Part shown: piece by piece, positions 61,401 to 64,000 of the stretch
How positions within the stretch are numbered: the stretch's first letter is position 1
How the letters are laid out: each line of letters opens with the position of its first letter
Origin: the human T2T-CHM13v2.0 reference genome, Homo sapiens
Length of the DNA: 64,000 nt
Direction: 5' to 3' (one strand)
Assembly: GCF_009914755.1 (NCBI RefSeq)
Contig: NC_060945.1
The notes under the pieces: model-generated
The model's input: only the letters and a program-made list of their open reading frames with translations
The model's database searches: none
What the model was told of the DNA's origin: nothing
Made by a program: the position numbers and the translations under genes

Positions 61401-64000
61401 TTCCTTGTGACGTGTGCATTAAATAACAGTGTTGAACCATTGTTTAGAAGAGCATTTTGGAAACACTTCTTTTTTTTAGAAAATGCAAGTGGATATTTGG
61501 AGCGCTTTGTGGCCTATGGTGGAAAAGAAAATATCTTCACATAAAAACTAGACAGAAGTATTCTCAGCAACTTCTTTGTGATGAGTTCATTCAATTCAGA
61601 TAGTTGAACATTTCTTTTGATAGAGCAGTTTTGAAACAAACTTTCTGTAGAATCTGCAAGTGGCTATTTGGAACACACTGAAGCCTATGGTGGAAAAGGA
61701 AATATCTTCACATAAAAGCTAGACAGAAGCATTCTCAGAAACTTCTATATGATGTATGCATTCAACTCACAGAGTTGAACCTTTCTTTGATATAGCAGTT
61801 TTGAAACACTATTTTTGTAGAATCTGCAATTGGATATTTGGAGCGCTTTGATGCCTATGGTGGAAAAGGAAATATCCACACATAAAATCTAGACAGCAGC
61901 ATTCTCAGAAACTTGTTTGTGTTGTGTGCATTCAACTCACAGAATTGAAACTTTTCTTTGATTGAGCAGTTTTGAAAAAGTCTTTTTGTAGAATCTGCAA
62001 GTTGATATTTGGAGCAGTTTGAGGCCTATGGTGTAAAAGGAAATATCTTCACATAAAAACTAGACAGAAGCATTCTCAGAAACTTCTTTGTCATGTGTGA
62101 ATTCAACTCACAGAGTTGAACCTTTCTTTCGTGGAGCAGTTTTGAAACACTCTTCTTGTAGAATCTGCAGGTAGATATTTGGAGCGCTTTGAGGCTTATG
62201 GTGGAAAAGGAAATATCTTCACATAAAAACTAGACAGAAGCATTCTCAGAAACTTCTTTGTGATAAGTGCATTCAACTCACAGAGTTGAACCTTTCTGTT
62301 GATAGAGCAGTTTTAAAACACTCTTTTTCTGGATTGGGAAAGTGGATATTTGGAGCACTTTGAGGCCTATAGTGGAAAAGGAAACACCTTCACAAAATAA
62401 CTAGAGCAGAAGCATTCTCAGAAAATTCTTTGTGATTTGTGCATTCAACTCAGAGTTAAACCTTTCTTTGATAGAGCAGTTTTGAAACACTCTTTTTGTA
62501 GAATCTGCAATTGGATATTTAGAGCTCTTTGATGCCTATGGTGGGAAAGGAAATATCCGCATATAAAAAGTAGACAGCAGCATTCTCAGAACCTTGTTTG
62601 TGTTGTGTGCATTCAACTCACAGAGTTGAACTTTTCCTTTGATTGAGCAGTTTTGAAAAAGTCTTTTTGTAGAATCTACAAGTGGATATTTGGAGCAGTT
62701 TGAGGTCTATGGTGTAAAAGGAAATATCTTCACATGAAAACTAGACAGAAGCATTCTCAGAAACTTCTTTGTGATGAGTTCATTCAATTCACATAGTTGA
62801 ACATTTCTTTTGATAGAGCAGTTTTGAAACACTCTTTCTGTAGAATCTACAAGTGGATATTTGGAGCACATTGAAGCCTATGATGGAAAAGGAAATATCT
62901 TCACATACAAGCTAGACAGAAGCATTCTCAGAAACTTCTTTGTGTTGTGTGCATTCAACTCACAAAGTTGAACTTTTCCTATGATTGAGCAGTTTTGAAA
63001 CACTCTTTCTGAAGAATCTGCAAGTGGATATTTGGAGTGCTTTGAGGTCTATGGTGGAAAAGCAAACACCTTCACAAAAAAAACTAGAGCAGAAGCATTC
63101 TCAGAAACTTCTTTGTGATGTGTGCATTCAACTCACAGAGTTGAACCTTTCTTTGATAGAGCAGTTTTGAAACACTCTTTTTGTAGAATCTGCAATTGGA
63201 TATTTGGAGCTCTTTGATGCCTATGGTGGAAAAGGAAATATCCGCACATAAAAACTAGACAGCAGCATTCTCAGAAACTTGTTTGTGTTGTGTGCATTCA
63301 TCTCACAGAGTTGAAACTTTCCTTTGATTGAGCAGTTTTGAAAAAGTCCTTTTGCAGAATCTGCAAGTGGATATTTGGAGGCTTTGAGGCCTATGGTGTA
63401 AAAGGAAATATCTTCACATAGAAACTAGACAGAAGCATTCTCTGAAACTTCTTTGTGATGTGTGCATTCAACTCACAGAGTTGAACCTTTCTTTTGTAGA
63501 GCAGTTTTGAAACACTCTTTTTGTAGAATCTGCAATTGGATATTTGGAGCTCTTTGATGCCTATGGTGGGAAAGGAAATATCCGCACATAAAAAGTAGAT
63601 AGCAGCATTCTCAGAAACTTGTTTGTGTTGTGTGCATTCAACTCACAGAGTTGAACCTTTCCTTTGATTGAGCAGTTTTGAAAAAGTCTTTTTGTAGAAT
63701 CTACAAGTGGATATTTGAAGCACATTGAAGCCTATGATGGAAAAGGAAATATCTTCACATACAAACTAGACAGAAGCATTCTCAGAAACTTCTTTGTGAT
63801 AAGTGCATTCAACTCACAGAGATAAACCTTTCTGTTGATAGAGCAGTTTTAAAACACTCTTTTTCTGGAATCGGAAAGTGGATATTTGGAGTGCTTTGAG
63901 GCCTATAGTGGAAAAGGAAACACCTTCACAAAATAACAAGAGCAGAAGCATTCTCAGAAACTTCTTTGTGATTTGTGCATTCAACTCACAGAGTTGAACC
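58401..64000 (+). repeat. Younger-type alpha satellite (SF5/R1-R2-like, mostly A-type monomers with rare B-type), continuing past the window end
   Basis: Close to the general human consensus: CATTCTCAGAAAC, CATTCAACTCACAG, GATAGAGCAGTTTTGAAACAC. Contains one intact and one degenerate CENP-B box. The SF5 assignment is an inference. Confidence 0.88.
58785..58801 (+). promoter_or_regulatory. CENP-B box with intact core
   Basis: CTTCGGTGGAAACGGGA matches NTTCGNNNNANNCGGGN at all 9 essential positions and sits at the normal box position after TGAGGC. The host monomer has B-type features (TTTGCATTCAAC, AACATTCCCTT). Confidence 0.88.

Overview
This window is primate (human or great-ape type) pericentromeric DNA. 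About 92% is divergent, mostly monomeric alpha satellite (171/172-bp units), and the rest is three truncated primate L1 (L1PA2-PA4 type) insertions. I see no host protein-coding gene, RNA gene or CRISPR array. The short ORFs in the track are chance translations of alpha satellite or broken L1 ORF2. The satellite is a patchwork: it switches strand four times (about 16590, 36330, 40196 and 49082) and is built from several sequence-distinct layers. I did not find a new biological system. The notable signals are records of rearrangement: a 5'-inverted L1 that lacks a target-site duplication, a 0.9-kb island at 57 kb paralogous to the start of the window, a 101-bp perfect match 12.8 kb apart, a circularly permuted 8-mer relic, nested dimer/trimer duplications, a scrambled HOR-like region at the right end, and a single intact CENP-B box. 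Strand + for alpha satellite means the conventional CATTCTCAGAAACTTCTTTGTGATG orientation. All comparisons were made by eye, so layer boundaries and subfamily calls are approximate.
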